Source of the DNA: Mobula hypostoma
Lineage: Eukaryota
Length of the DNA: 64,000 bases
Direction: 5' to 3'
NCBI RefSeq assembly: GCF_963921235.1
Contig: NC_086097.1
Coordinates: 202,928,001 to 202,992,000, forward strand
Below the pieces are notes generated by a model. The model saw only the letters and a program-made list of their open reading frames with translations. It ran no database searches and was not told the origin of the DNA. Shown here one piece after another: positions 51,701 to 64,000 of the stretch; the stretch's first letter is position 1, and every line of letters starts with the position of its first letter. A program made the translations under genes and the position numbers.

Positions 51701-54700
51701 GTGTGGCTGAGGAACTGCTGCAAGGAGCAGGGGTTCAGATTTCTGGATCATTGGAATCTCTTCTGGGGAAGGTACAACCTATGCAAAAGGTTACACCTGA
51801 TTACACCTGAACCAGAAGGGGATCAGCATCCTTGTGGGTGGGTTTGCTAGAGCTGTTTGGGAGGGTTTAATCTAATTTGGCTGGGGGTTTGGGAACCAGA
51901 GTGGTAAGGCAGAGGATGGGGCAGTTGGTTTACAAACAGAGGCAGTGTATAGTGAAACTACTAGCAAGGAGGTGCTGATAATAGGGCATAATTGTAGTCA
52001 CCTGGTTGATTTGCAATGTAAAAGGTAAGAGCATATAATAGAGCAAAAATTAGTGGGAAGTTAGAGGATTGGGAAGCTTGTAAACACTGCAGAAGGCAAC
52101 TAAAATGTCATAAAGAAGGAAAAGATGGAATATGAAGGTAAGTCAATAATGTTAATGACAATACAAAAGGTTTCTTCAGATACATGAAGTGTAAAAGACA
52201 GGTGAGAGTATATCTCGGACCGCTGGAAAATGACGCTGGAGAGGTAGTAATGGGGGACAAGGAAATGGCAGATGAACTTAATAAGTATTTTGCATCAGTC
52301 TTCACTGTGGAAGTCATTGACAGTATGCCGTAAGTTTGAGAGTGTCAGGGGGCAGAAATGTACGAGGTTGCCATTATTAGAGAGAAGGTTCTTGGCAAAC
52401 TGGAAGTCTGAAGGTAGATACCAGGACCAGATGGTGTACACCCCAGGGTTCTGGAAGAGGCGACTGAGGAGATTGTGGAGGCATTAGTAGTGATATCTAA
52501 AGAATCATTAGATTCTGGAATGATTTTGGAAGACTGGAAAATTGCAAATATCACTCAACTCTTAAAGAAGTTAGATCGTTAAGAATGTGGTTTCAGAATA
52601 CTTTGAGGTGCATAACAAAATATTCATAGTCAGCATGGTTTCTTCAAGGGAAAATCTTGCCTGACAAATCCATTAGAGATCTTTCAAGAAGAAGTTAACA
52701 AGTGGGATAGTCAAATGAGAATCTGTTGATGTTGTGTACTTGGATTTCCACAAAGCCTTTGACAAGGTGTCACACATAAGGCTGCTCAACAAGTCAAGAA
52801 TCCATGGTATTACAGGAAAGATATTCAAATGAATAAAGCAATGGCTGACAAGCAGGAGGCAAGGTGTGGGAATAAAGGGAACCTTTCTGGTTGGCTGCCG
52901 GTGTCTTGTGGTGTTCCAGAAGGGACTTTTTACATTATATGACAATAATTTGGATGACAGAATTGATAGCCTTGTGGCCAAGTTTGCGGACAATACAAAG
53001 ATAGGTGTAGGGGGAAGTAATGTTGAGGAAGCAGAGAGGCTACAGATAGACTAGGAGAATGGGAAAGGAAGTGGCAGATGGAATACAGTGTCAGGAAATA
53101 CATGGTCATGCATTTTGGTAGAAGAAATAAAAGGGTAGACTCTTCTAAAAGGAGAGAAAATTCAAAAATCTTGAGGTGCAAAGGGACTTGGGGTTTTTTT
53201 TGTGCAGGATCCCCTAAAGGTTAATTTGCAGGTTGAGTCTGTTGCAGGGAAGACACATGCGATGTTTGCATTCATTTTGAGAGGGCTAGTGTATAAAAGC
53301 AAGGATGTAATGTTGAAACTTTATAAATCATTGGCGAGGCCCCACTTGGAATATTGTGAACAAGAGAAAATCTGCAGATGCTGGAAATCCAAGCCACACA
53401 CATAAAATGCTGGAGGAACTCAGCAGGCCAGGCAGCATCTATGGAAAAGAGTACAGTCGACGTTTTGGACCGAGACACTACAGCAGGACTGGAGTATCGT
53501 GAAGAGTTTTGGGCCGCTTATCTAAGAAAGGATGTGCTGACATTGGACAGGGTTCAAAGGAGGTTCACAAAAATTATTCCGGTATTGATAGAGTTTTCAA
53601 ATGAGTTGTTTGATGGCTCTGAGCCTCTATTCACTGCAATTCAGAAGTATGAAACCTATCAAATGTTGAAAGGCCTCGATAGAGTGGATGTGGAGAGGAT
53701 GTTTCATATGGTGGAAGAGTCTAAGACCAGAAGATACAGCTTCAGAATAGAGGGATGTCTTTTTAGAATGGAGATGAGGAAAAACTTCTTTTGCCAGAGA
53801 GTGGTGAATCTGCGGAATTCGTTGCCATTGTTGGCTGTGGAGGGCAAGTCATTGGGTATATTTAAGGCAGAGGTTGATAGATTCTTGATTAGTCGGGGTG
53901 TGAAGGGATAAGGGGAGAAGGCAGGAGATTTGGGGCTGAGAGGAAAAAATGAATCTGCCATGATGAAACAGCAGAGTAGACTCTAGGCCAAACATCCTAA
54001 TTCTGCTCCTATATCTTACTGATGACGTTCTTGTCCAGTAGTGCTGACGAGTGTGGCAGGACCTAACTGGCACATTGAGGCCTGTATTACTATTAGCTAA
54101 AGGAAGGTCTTTCTGGGAGTTTGGGCCATCATTCTTTAAGTATCTATTCCTTGTTCCCAAGTTCCTTAGGACCCATATAACCATATAACAATTACAGCAC
54201 GGAAACAGGCCATCTCAGCCCTTCTAGTCCGTGCCGAACTCTTACTCTCATCTAGTCCCACCGACCTGCACTCACCCCATAACCCTCCATTCCTTTCCCG
54301 TCCATATATCTATCCAATTTAACTTTAAATGACAACATCGAACCTGCCTCTACCACTTCTGCTAGAAGCTCGTTCCACATAGCTACAACTCTCTGAGTAA
54401 AGAAGTTCGCCCTCATGTTACCCCTAAACTTTTGCCCTTTAACTCTCAACTCATGTCCTCTTGTTTGAATCTCCCCCATTCTCAATGGAAAAAGCCTATC
54501 CACATCAACTCTATCTATCCCCCTCATAAACTTAAATATCTCTATCAAGTCCCCCCTCAACTTTCTACGCTCCAAAAGAATAAAGACCCAACTTGTTCAA
54601 CCTTTCTCTGTAACTTAGGAGATGAAACCCAGGCAACATTCTAGTAAACCTCCTCCGTACTCTCTCAATTTTATTGACATCTTTCCTATAATTCGGTGAC

Positions 54701-57700
54701 CAGAACTGTACACAATACTCCAAATTTGGCCGTACCTATGCCTTATACAATTTCAACATTACATCCTAACTCCTATACTCAATGCTCTAATTTATAAAGG
54801 CCAGCATACCAAAAGCTTTCTTCACCACCCTATCCACATGAGATTCCACCTTCAGGGAACTATGCACCATTATTCCTAGATCCCTCTGTTCTACTGCATT
54901 CTTCAGTGCCCTACCATTTACCATGTATGTCCTATTTTGATTAGTCCTACCAAAATGTAGCACCTCACATTTATCAACATTAAACTCCATCTGCCATCTT
55001 TCAGCCCACTCTTCTAAGTGGTCTAAGTCTCTCTGCAAGCTTTGAAAACCTACTTCATTATCCACAACTCCACCTATTTTAGTATCATCTGCATACTTAC
55101 TAATCCAATTTACCATCCCATCATCAGATCATTAATGTATATGATAAACAACATTGGACTCAGTACAGATCCCTGAGGTACACCACTAGACACCGTCCTC
55201 CAATCTGACACACAGTTTTCCACCACCACTCACTGGCGTCTCCCATCCAGCCACTGCTGAATCTATTTTACTACTTCGATACTAATACCTAATGATTGAA
55301 CCTTCCTAACTAACCTTCCGTGTGTAACCTTGTCAAAGGTCTTACTGAAGTCCATATAGACAACATGCACCGCTTTACCCTCGTCAACTTTCCTAGTAAC
55401 CTCATCAAAAAATTCAATAAGATTAGTCAAACATGACCTTCCACGTACAAATCCATGTTGACTGTTCCTAATCAGACCCTGTCTATCCAGATAATTATAT
55501 ATACCATCAGATGTCATTAGAAACAGGGATGATACCGGAGGATTGGCGTATTGCTCATGTTGTTCCATTTTGCTTTTATTGCTATTGCTTTTTTTGCAGA
55601 ACAGAACCTCTGCAGCACTGACCCTTCTCCAGCTGAGTTTCCCTCCACCACCCCTCTCCCATCGTCTCCCTAAATCAACTCCCATCAGTACTCCAGCTGT
55701 GGTCTCACCAACACCCTTTACAATCACCTTACAAAGTTCCACACGTATTCAATTCTCTCAATCCTATCAAAGGACACCATGCCATTTGATTTTTCTATTT
55801 GTTTCTTGGCTTTTAGCTGACTTGTGCTCACATTCTTCTGTTGTCTTTGGACACCAAAACCACCCAATCTTCCACCATGTGAGAAATGCCCTCATGTTTC
55901 CCACGTTAAAATCCATTTTCCCTGTTTTTGGCTTTTCAATATCCATATCAACTGAAACCGCTTTTCATCCTCTTTCATGTGCACATTCCCACCTAGTTTA
56001 GTATCATCAGCGAACTTGGAAACATGACATTTGAGTTAAATCATTGATACAAGCACTGGGTAGCTAGAGCACGAGCACTGCTCCCTGCAGTACCCCACCA
56101 GTTCCAGCCTGCCCAGCTGAGAAGGATATGCAGAAGGAATATCGATTTCAAATTATACTTTAATTAACAGATATGTTTAGTCAAATTAAGTTATCTCTGA
56201 AGTTATCCAGAAGAGGTATGTCATAATAGCAGTACTTTAAAAAATGAATGCTATTCAGTTTGATTATACTGCAGCATCATTGTTCCTTTTCATTGCCAGT
56301 TACCTTCCAGTCTAACGATGGTTCTTTCACAAAGACATCCATGGTACTGAGGAGGAGATCGGGATCCAAGCGGAATGCTTGCAATCCATGTACCATTGTA
56401 CTGTAAATAAGGCCGGATTCCTTCATTGGGAGCATAAGGTTCAAGAACTGAGGTGTGAGACGGAAGGGCATCAGCTCTGGCACTGGCAGAAACTAGATCA
56501 AGAACGTAGAGATTCAAAATCAACACTCACAAAGTTTTTAGAATTAACACACATTTTCTATTACTCATTCAATGTGTCCAAGCTCTGAGACCATGGGAAC
56601 GTGCACAGTTACTGCTCTGTGTCTGTGATGCTGCTGTGGCAGTAAGTGTTTCACGGCACTGGTGCATCCGTGTGTTTGTGTATGTGACAATAAGCTCAAC
56701 TACTCGAGCCACTTGCATGTTGTGTGCATTCAGAATATCCAAACTGTGAGAATGAATTAAGTTAATTAGTACCAATGTGATTCCCTTTTCCCTGAATGAT
56801 AGCAGAAGAATATTAATAAGAACAGAGAAAATAGAAGCAGATATGGAGTTTGCTTGTTTCAATGAAACTCCTTCTCATTCTATTACATTTAAGAATAAAA
56901 GGAAAATCTGTTCAATTTCTCCTCACAGCACAATCGTCTACTACTCCCTAGAAACAATCCGGTGACCTGAAATCTTTCCTTATGTAGAGTGACTTGACTT
57001 CTACACAGTATTTCAGATGCAACCTTAACGCTCTGATTCAAACATCTTCAGATTTTATACAACGTATAACATCCTTTAAATAACTAAGTGTAAAAAAAAT
57101 TAAAGATCCATATTTCACATACAAGTAGAAAAACAGAACTATGAAATTGCTGTGATGTTTTCTGAACATGCATTGATGAACCTATTTAGAGGTGGTAAAC
57201 TTTGTTCGAAGAAATATTGTCTTATTTGCATATGCATGCATGTATGTAGTTAAATGACAATAAACTTCACTTGACTCGACTTATATTTGCTTTGTCTAGC
57301 AGAATCAGAATCAGGTTTATTATCACTGGCATGTGATGTGAAATTTGTTAACTTAGCAGCAGCAGTTCAATGCAATACATAATCTAGCAGAGAGAGAGAG
57401 AAAAAACAATATAACATAATAAACAAGTAAATCAACTACGTATATTGAATAGACTATTTAAAAAAATGTGCAAACTGTATATTAAAAAAAGTGAGGTAGT
57501 ATCCAAAGCTTCAAAGTCCATTTATGAATCGGATGGCAGTGGGGAAGAAGCTGTTCCTGAATCGCTGAGTGTGTGCCTTCAGGTTTCTGTACCTCCTACC
57601 TGATAGCAACAGTGAGAAAAGTGCATGCCCTGGGTGCTGGAAGTCTTTAATAATGGATGCTGTCTTTCTGAGACACTGCTTCCTAAAGAGCACCAGGTTT

Positions 57701-60700
57701 CTTGGTTAAAGCTAACACTTTTAGGAAGCCTCATTGCTTTATGGTTTGTCTGTTAAGAAGCTGAAGTGTGCAGACTATTAAGATGCTATATTTGCTAGAT
57801 ATGAAGTGAACTAATTAAAATCAAGCAAAAGAGATGGCAATTGTCACTGACTGGGGGGGGGAAGAGAAAATAAGATTTCAAGGTTACCATTGATGATTAT
57901 TCAACAAGTGTTTAAAAAAATGCATGTATTAACGTCTTTCGTACTTTCCCCCCATTCATTATATATTATATAAAAGAAGAAAATATTATCCGTACCTGTG
58001 TAGCAGAGCCAAATGCATGACCAAAATCTATTCCCACCATGCCCCCGGTTTCCAGGTTAATCATGAAATTGTTGAGATGCCGATCACCAATCCCCAGAAT
58101 CCAATGGCTGACACACATTAATGCATGAGAACTGGCAAAGTGGGAGCGGAGGGCGAGGAAAGCTTCAGGCGTGGTGCTCATTCTTGCGAATGCTCTCCTG
58201 GTCAGAAGAATTGGGAAGCAACATCACAATGATATACAAATGGTTTTCAATTAACTCACATATTTTATTCAGCGCTGAATGAAATCTAGCATTCTTTTAA
58301 TGCTGCACTACCTCGTACAAGACTTTAAACGGGTAGACACAGTGCTTTTGATATCCCAAAACACACATTAAGCACTAATAGGAGTCTCTGGCCACTCATG
58401 TGGTGGCTTTGTCCTGGCAAACACTAATATTTCCACTGCAGATTTAATACTGTGTAACATCCCTTGACAGTAGACTGAACACAAGATAGACTGGGGAAAA
58501 GGATAGGAAAAGTGACAAAATTAACACATTATTGCAAAACCTGTGTCCCTGGTACATAGAAATCTTTAGCATTCCTGTATGCAGGGAACTTGACAAGTGA
58601 CAGGGCCAGACACTAACAGCTTCAAACCTAATCCCAATCCGCATCTATAAATCACAAGGAAAAGAAAATCTGCAGATGCTGGAAATCCGAGCAACACACA
58701 CAAAATGCTACAGGAACTCAGCAGGCCAGGCAGCATCTATGGAAAAAAGTACAATCAACGTTCCTCTGGCATTTTGTGTGTGTTGCCAGCACCTATAAAT
58801 GATTGACTGCAGTGCTCATTTAAGGATGAAATTATTTTCATATAGTGCCACAGGACGTTCAATGTGCTTCATAATCAAATGAATACTTTCCTTAAAAGGA
58901 AGTACTGTTACATTAGGCAATTATGGTTGCAAGTTTGCTCAGAGACAGTTCCTATAAGTAAAAGAATCATATGACTGGGGAATTCATTTGTTTTGAAAGA
59001 TCTGCTTGACCTAGAATACCAATACTTTTTAGAAGGGACTCTTGATTATTTGCGTCCATGGAATATACAGATCCGGATCTAATGTGTCACCTGAAAGACA
59101 TCATACCTCTCTACAGTACATTTTCTCATTCCTGCACTAAAGCATCTGAAAGGTTTCAGAGCTCGTGTCCTCAACTAGGACTTTATGTGAGAGGCAACTG
59201 TAGAGTAAATAGAGTAAATCAAAGTGAACTAATATAGCTGCGGCCATATCTGTCAGGGTTTCTGCATATGTGTGGAATAGCAATTGGTATATTATTGTTA
59301 CATGTACAGAGATGCAGTGAAAAGCCACGTCTTGTATACTGCTCCTGCAGATCAATTCATTACACAGTGAATTGAGGTAGTACAAAATAAAACAGTCACA
59401 TAATGCAGAATAATGTGCAACCATTACAGTGAAAGTGTGGTGCTGGTTTGACGAGAAGGTGCAAGGCGATAACGAAGTCAATTGTGAGGTCAAGATTTAT
59501 TGTACCAGGGAACCATTCAAGTCTTATAAACAGTGGGGTAGAAGCTGTCCTTCATCCTGGTGGCATGTGCTTACAGGCTTCTACACTTTCTGCTCCATGG
59601 GAAAGGGGAGAAGCGAGAATGTCCAAGCTGGGTGCAGTTTTTGATTATTCTGATTTCCATGACGTGCTGAGCTTAACTGTCTACAACTCTTCACTTACAC
59701 TTTATACTTTATTGTCACCAAACAATTGATACTAGAACGTACAATCATCACAGCGATATTTGATTCTGTGCTTCCCACTCCCTGGTTTACAAATATTAAA
59801 TATTAAAAATAGTAAAAATTAGTAAATATTAAAATTTTAAATTATAAATCATAAATAGAAAAATGGAAAGTAAGGTAGTGCAAAAAAACCGAGAGGCAGG
59901 TCCGGGTATTTGGAGGGTAGGGCCCAGATCCGGGTCAGGATCCGTTCAGCAGTCTTATCACAGTTGGAAAGAAGCTGTTCCCAAATCGGGCCGTATGAGT
60001 CTTCAAGCTTGGAATTATTGTACTGAAAGCAGAACGGTGGTCATAAAGAATAGTCTAATGTAGGTGTCTTTACTGTCCAAATGCTCTAGAAGTGAGTGCA
60101 GAGCCAGGGAGATGGTGTCCACCATAGTCCTACTTGAGTGGTAGGCAAATATCTGTGGGTCAAGGTTATGTGGCAGGCCATGAACAGTCTTTCCAAGCAT
60201 TTTATGATAGTGGTCTTACAAACGTTTGTATTATAGATTGCCATGCGGATAGCTACAGTGATCTCCCAAGGCAGGTAGTATGGGTAACAGTTCACCAAGA
60301 GATGTTTCAAGCTGGGTGAGCAGAGCTCACTAGAACCTTCATGTCAAAGACCATAAAGTGTTGACTAAGGAGTGGATCCCTCTGCCTCCATCTCAGCCAG
60401 AGCACATTGTGCAGTCCATCCAGTGAATCGAGAATTTCTCAGGTTATTTGGCACAGATATCTGAAGCATGTGTAATGATATGGCACATAGAAGTCTTTCA
60501 GTTCTCTTTGATAGGTCAGTCATGTTCTCAACTTTGGTCTTTAATGTTAGTTAGTAGTGTGCTGGGAAGGGACATTTTGAACCCAAGCTGTTTCACCCTC
60601 ACTTGCAGCCCAGCCCTCATGACTTGCTTCCAAGGTTAGTGGCTGCATCTGGTCAGTCATAAAGACACACAAATTCTGTTCTGATGGTTTACCCCCTCAG

Positions 60701-61591
60701 ACCGGCAGCAACTCCTGATCCATATGCAGTATTTGGTTCAGTTCGGATCCCGCAACCTGTATGTACATACGCAGATTACACTATCAAATGAGTCTCTTTC
60801 TATTCACTTAAGATCAGTTGGCTGCAATTCTAACAGCCTCTGAGCTGTACAATTTAAAACTGGAAAACAGGCATGGGGACTCCATACAGGCTGAATACCA
60901 AATTTGTCAACTAACCAGTGTAGAAGGTCAAATTTTTGAAGGGCCAGCACCACTAAAAAAACCTCCATTACTTACAATCAGACTGATTTTCTTAATGGGG
61001 ACTTAACTGTGCTCATTAGTATTCTGGTGGAATTTAGGGATGACAGAACAGACAGGGTGGGCTCCTAGTATTGCACCCAATCACTTAGAAGAGGAAGAAG
61101 GGGAAATGAAGAAAAACATCCTGTTTCTCCATGGGACTCTCAGGACACATGATCAGTGGGAAGGGATAGTTGTGATTGTCAATGGTAGGAGTCCAGAACC
61201 CAGGGACAGATGCAGTGCTGGAAAAAAAATTCTGAATTGGAAGACACAGATGGGTGTTCACATATAGCCACTCCTTTTCTAATATCCTCCCCCAGCCTAT
61301 CACAACCCTTCCCTTTGTTGTTTCAGGGTTCAGATAGGAAAAAACTGACAAAGTAGTGGCACAAGAGAAGGAACAAAGATGAAAATATATGGTCCTTCCC
61401 ATTTAACAATCTTAGTCACTTTCTGTTTTAGACAGAGCAGCTATCGTGTATGTTGTAATCATTCAAAATGATTACAACACGAAGATGTTTACCATTCACA
61501 TATAATCGCTTCAACTCACCTCAACAGATCTTGTGGTACAGCCTGCTCACGCTCTTGGAAAGCTTTAATTGTTTCAGTTCGATTAGCTTTC
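48529..61591 (-). CDS. PRKDC: PRKDC (DNA-PK catalytic subunit), last five coding exons; gene continues beyond 64000
   Basis: Manual splice join 61591-61520, 58197-57996, 56492-56304, 50725-50586, 48733-48529 is in frame with GT-AG introns. It reads KANRTET...GIGDRHLNN...IDFGHAFG...[13 protein letters not shown]...EPSLDWK...[20 protein letters not shown], the DNA-PKcs kinase/FATC C-terminus. Confidence 0.97.
50586..50725 (-). CDS. PRKDC: PRKDC penultimate exon (140 bp)
   Basis: tgtag|AAT CTG...ACC AG|gtgag; [46 protein letters not shown]; not in the ORF track. Confidence 0.95.
51630..54017 (+). mobile_element. Degenerate CR1 with internal deletion in a PRKDC intron; mini-PLE inserted at ~53360-53495
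   Basis: ORF1 tail (MNVWLRNCC...FRFLDHW), [11 protein letters not shown] and 3' end. Confidence 0.82.
54172..55510 (-). mobile_element. CR1 RT and 3' end in a PRKDC intron
   Basis: [33 protein letters not shown]; accatata tail repeats. Confidence 0.9.
56304..56492 (-). CDS. PRKDC: PRKDC exon (189 bp)
   Basis: ctag|TTT CTG CCA...TGG AAG|gtaact; [13 protein letters not shown]...[13 protein letters not shown]. Confidence 0.96.
57300..57690 (-). mobile_element. Rex1/Babar-type LINE 3' end
   Basis: [25 protein letters not shown]...[11 protein letters not shown]; (agaatc)n tail. Confidence 0.8.
57996..58197 (-). CDS. PRKDC: PRKDC exon (202 bp), catalytic loop and DFG
   Basis: cag|G AGA GCA TTC...ACA CAG|gtacgg; [20 protein letters not shown]...GDRHLNN...[12 protein letters not shown]. 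Confidence 0.97.
59280..60760 (-). mobile_element. Nested degenerate Rex1/Babar-type fragments (younger 3' end at ~59690-60010)
   Basis: [16 protein letters not shown]...[25 protein letters not shown]. Confidence 0.65.
61520..61591 (-). CDS. PRKDC: PRKDC exon (72 bp)
   Basis: ttgcag|G AAA GCT AAT CGA...TTG AG|gtgagt; encodes [23 protein letters not shown]; not in the ORF track. Confidence 0.93.
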
Positions 61592-62317
61592 CTGCAAGGG
61601 AAAATAGAGTAAATTATTAGGAATCTTAAAAGCTTCTAGGTTTGTCAAGCAAGTAAATTATTCTAATGTAAAATAAATATTCAGTCCCCGAGGTGGTAGA
61701 ATTTATTCCACAAGTACAGAGAAAGGGCCTGCAATTGTTGAAATTCATATAAATGTTATCATTCCAGAAGAAACCGCATGGAAACTCTATGAGGAGGATA
61801 GAGAGTGTGAACGATTGCTGGGTCCTGGTTACAATAATTAATAATATACAATGTTATATTATTAAAGACTTTAAAATTGCTAATGATATTTTGTGGGGAG
61901 AGGGCTATGTTATTCAGTCCTTCTCTTTCCATTCCGCGTGTATCAGTGAACAATGGTCTTTTCTCCCGTCTGACAATATTAAGGCTAAGTGATTTATTAA
62001 CCGTTCAATCTTGGAAAATTTTAAAATTAGCACCAGTAGCTATAAAGCAACCTTTTATAATTGTACTTAAAATGACGCATTGCAGAAAAAAAATCACAAC
62101 ATATTTTCAGATTAGTGTACAAGATTGGATTTCTAATCAGAATAAATCAAAAAAATCTAGATTATTTTTCCCTGTATTTTCTGGAAGATGAAAACTTTAT
62201 AAGATATGGACACTTACCTACAAGTTCCAACCTTAAAATCTCGTATCCTTATTTTTTATTACACTCTCTTGATTCTAAATGCATGGTATACAGGTTTCAA
62301 ACACATCACTGATATTA

Positions 62318-64000
62318 GCAAACAACAGGAATTCTGCAGATGTTGGAAATTCAAGCAACACACATCAAAGTTGCTGGTGAACGCAGCAGGCCAGGCAGCA
62401 TCTCTAGGAAGAGGTGCAGTCGACATTTCAGGCCGAGACCCTTTGTCAGGACTAACTGAAGGAAGAGTGAGTAAGAGATTTGAAAGTTGGAGGGGGAGGG
62501 GGAGATCCAAAATGATAGGAGAAGACAGGAGGGGGAGGGATGGAGCCAAGAGCTGGACAGGTGATAGACAAAAGGGATACGAGAGGATCATGGGACAGAA
62601 GGTCCGGGAAGAAAGACAAGCGGGGGGGGGGATCCCAGAGGATCGGCAAGGGGTATATTCAGAGGGACAGAGGGAGAAAAAGGAGAGTGAGAGTAAGAAT
62701 GTGTGTATAAAAGTAAGTAACAGATGGGGTACGAGGCGGAGGTGGGGCATTAGCGGAAGTTAGAGAAGTCGATGTTCATGCCATCAGGTTGGAGGCTACC
62801 CAGACGGAATATAAGGTGTTGTTCCTCCAACCTGAGTGTAGCTTCATCTTTACAGTAGAGGAGGCCGTGGATAGACATGTCAGAATGGGAATGGGATGTG
62901 GAATTAAAATGTGTGGTCACTGGGAGATCCTGCTTTCTCTGGCGGACAGAGCGTAGGTGTTCAGCGAAACGATCTCCCAGTCTGCGTCGGGTCTCGCCAA
63001 TATATAAAAGGCCACATCGGGAGCACTGGACGCAGTATATCACCCCAGCCGACTCACAGGTGACGTGTTGCCTCACCTGGAAGGACTGTTTGGGGCCCTG
63101 AATGGTGGTAAGGGAGGAAGTGTAAGGGCATGTGTAGCACTTGTTCCACTTACACGGATAAGTGCCAGGAGGGAGATCAGTGGGGAGGGATGGGGGGGAC
63201 GAATGGACAAGGGAGTCGCGTAGGGAGCGATCCCTGCGGAAAGCAGAGGGGGGGGGAGGGAAAGATGTGCTTAGTGGTTGGATCCCGTTGGAGGTGGTGG
63301 AAGTTACGGAGAATAATATGTTGGACCTGGAGGCTGGTGGGGTGGTAGGTGAGGACTAGGGGAACCCTATTCCTAGTGGGGTGGCGGGAGGATGGAGTGA
63401 CAGCAGATGTACGTGAAATGGGGGAGATGCGTTTAAGAGCAGAGTTGATAGTGGAGGAAGGGAAGCCCCTTTCTTTAAAAAAGGAGGACATCTCCCTCGT
63501 CCTAGAATGAAAAGCCTCATCCTGAGAGCAGATGCGGCGGAGACGGAGGAATTGCGAGAAGGGGATGGCATTTTTGCAAGAGACAGGGTGAGAAGAGGAA
63601 TAGTCCAGATAGCTGTGAGAGTCAGTAGGCTTATAGTAGACATCAGTGGATAAGCTGTCTCCAGAGACAGAGACAGAAAGATCTAGAAAGGGGAGGGAGG
63701 TGTCAGAAATGGACCAGGTAAACTTGAGGGCAGGGTGAAAGTTGGAGGCAAAGTTAATAAAGTCAACGAGCTCTGTATGCGTGCAGGAAGCAGCGCCAAT
63801 GCAGTCGTCGATGTAGCGAAGGAAAAGTGGGGGACAGATACCAGAATAGGCATGGAACACAGATTGTTCCACAAAGCCAACAAAAAGGCAGGCGTAGCTA
63901 GGACCCATACGGGTGCCCATAGCTACACCTTTAGTTTGGAGGAAGTGGGAAGAGCCAAAGGAGAAATTATTAAGAGTAAGGATTAATTCTGCTAGACGGA
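62318..64000 (-). mobile_element. Penelope-like retroelement in a PRKDC intron (sense orientation), runs off the window end
   Basis: RT motifs GVAMGTRMGP and FLRYIDD (ORF 63177-63920) and GIY-YIG (62750-63076); frameshift in the G-rich run ~63245-63260. Confidence 0.93.

Noticed and set aside
55263..56001. ORFs 55263-55742(-) and 55543-56001(+) as genes
   Set aside because: The first is CR1 RT fused to chance upstream sequence; the second is low-complexity with no recognisable domain

Overview
Repeat-dense vertebrate genomic DNA; the repeat repertoire suggests a cartilaginous fish, probably a ray (inference). The only recognisable host gene is the 3' end of PRKDC (DNA-PKcs) on the minus strand: five GT-AG exons (61591-61520, 58197-57996, 56492-56304, 50725-50586, 48733-48529) that splice in frame to give the kinase C-lobe and FATC domain. 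The rest is mostly retroelements: many CR1 LINEs (one near full length), Rex1/Babar fragments, Penelope-like elements (PLEs) ending in minimal hammerhead ribozyme motifs, palindromic mini-PLEs with target-site duplications (TSDs), tRNA-derived SINEs, a Mag-type Gypsy LTR element and a Gmr1-like LTR element (IN before RT). A ~0.9-kb PLE remnant has been expanded to ~20.5 kb (26984-47490) by four-deep nested insertions. I found no clearly new multi-gene system. The best leads are the ribozyme-bearing palindromic mini-elements, the Gmr1-like element and the nest. Repeat boundaries without a stated TSD are approximate.
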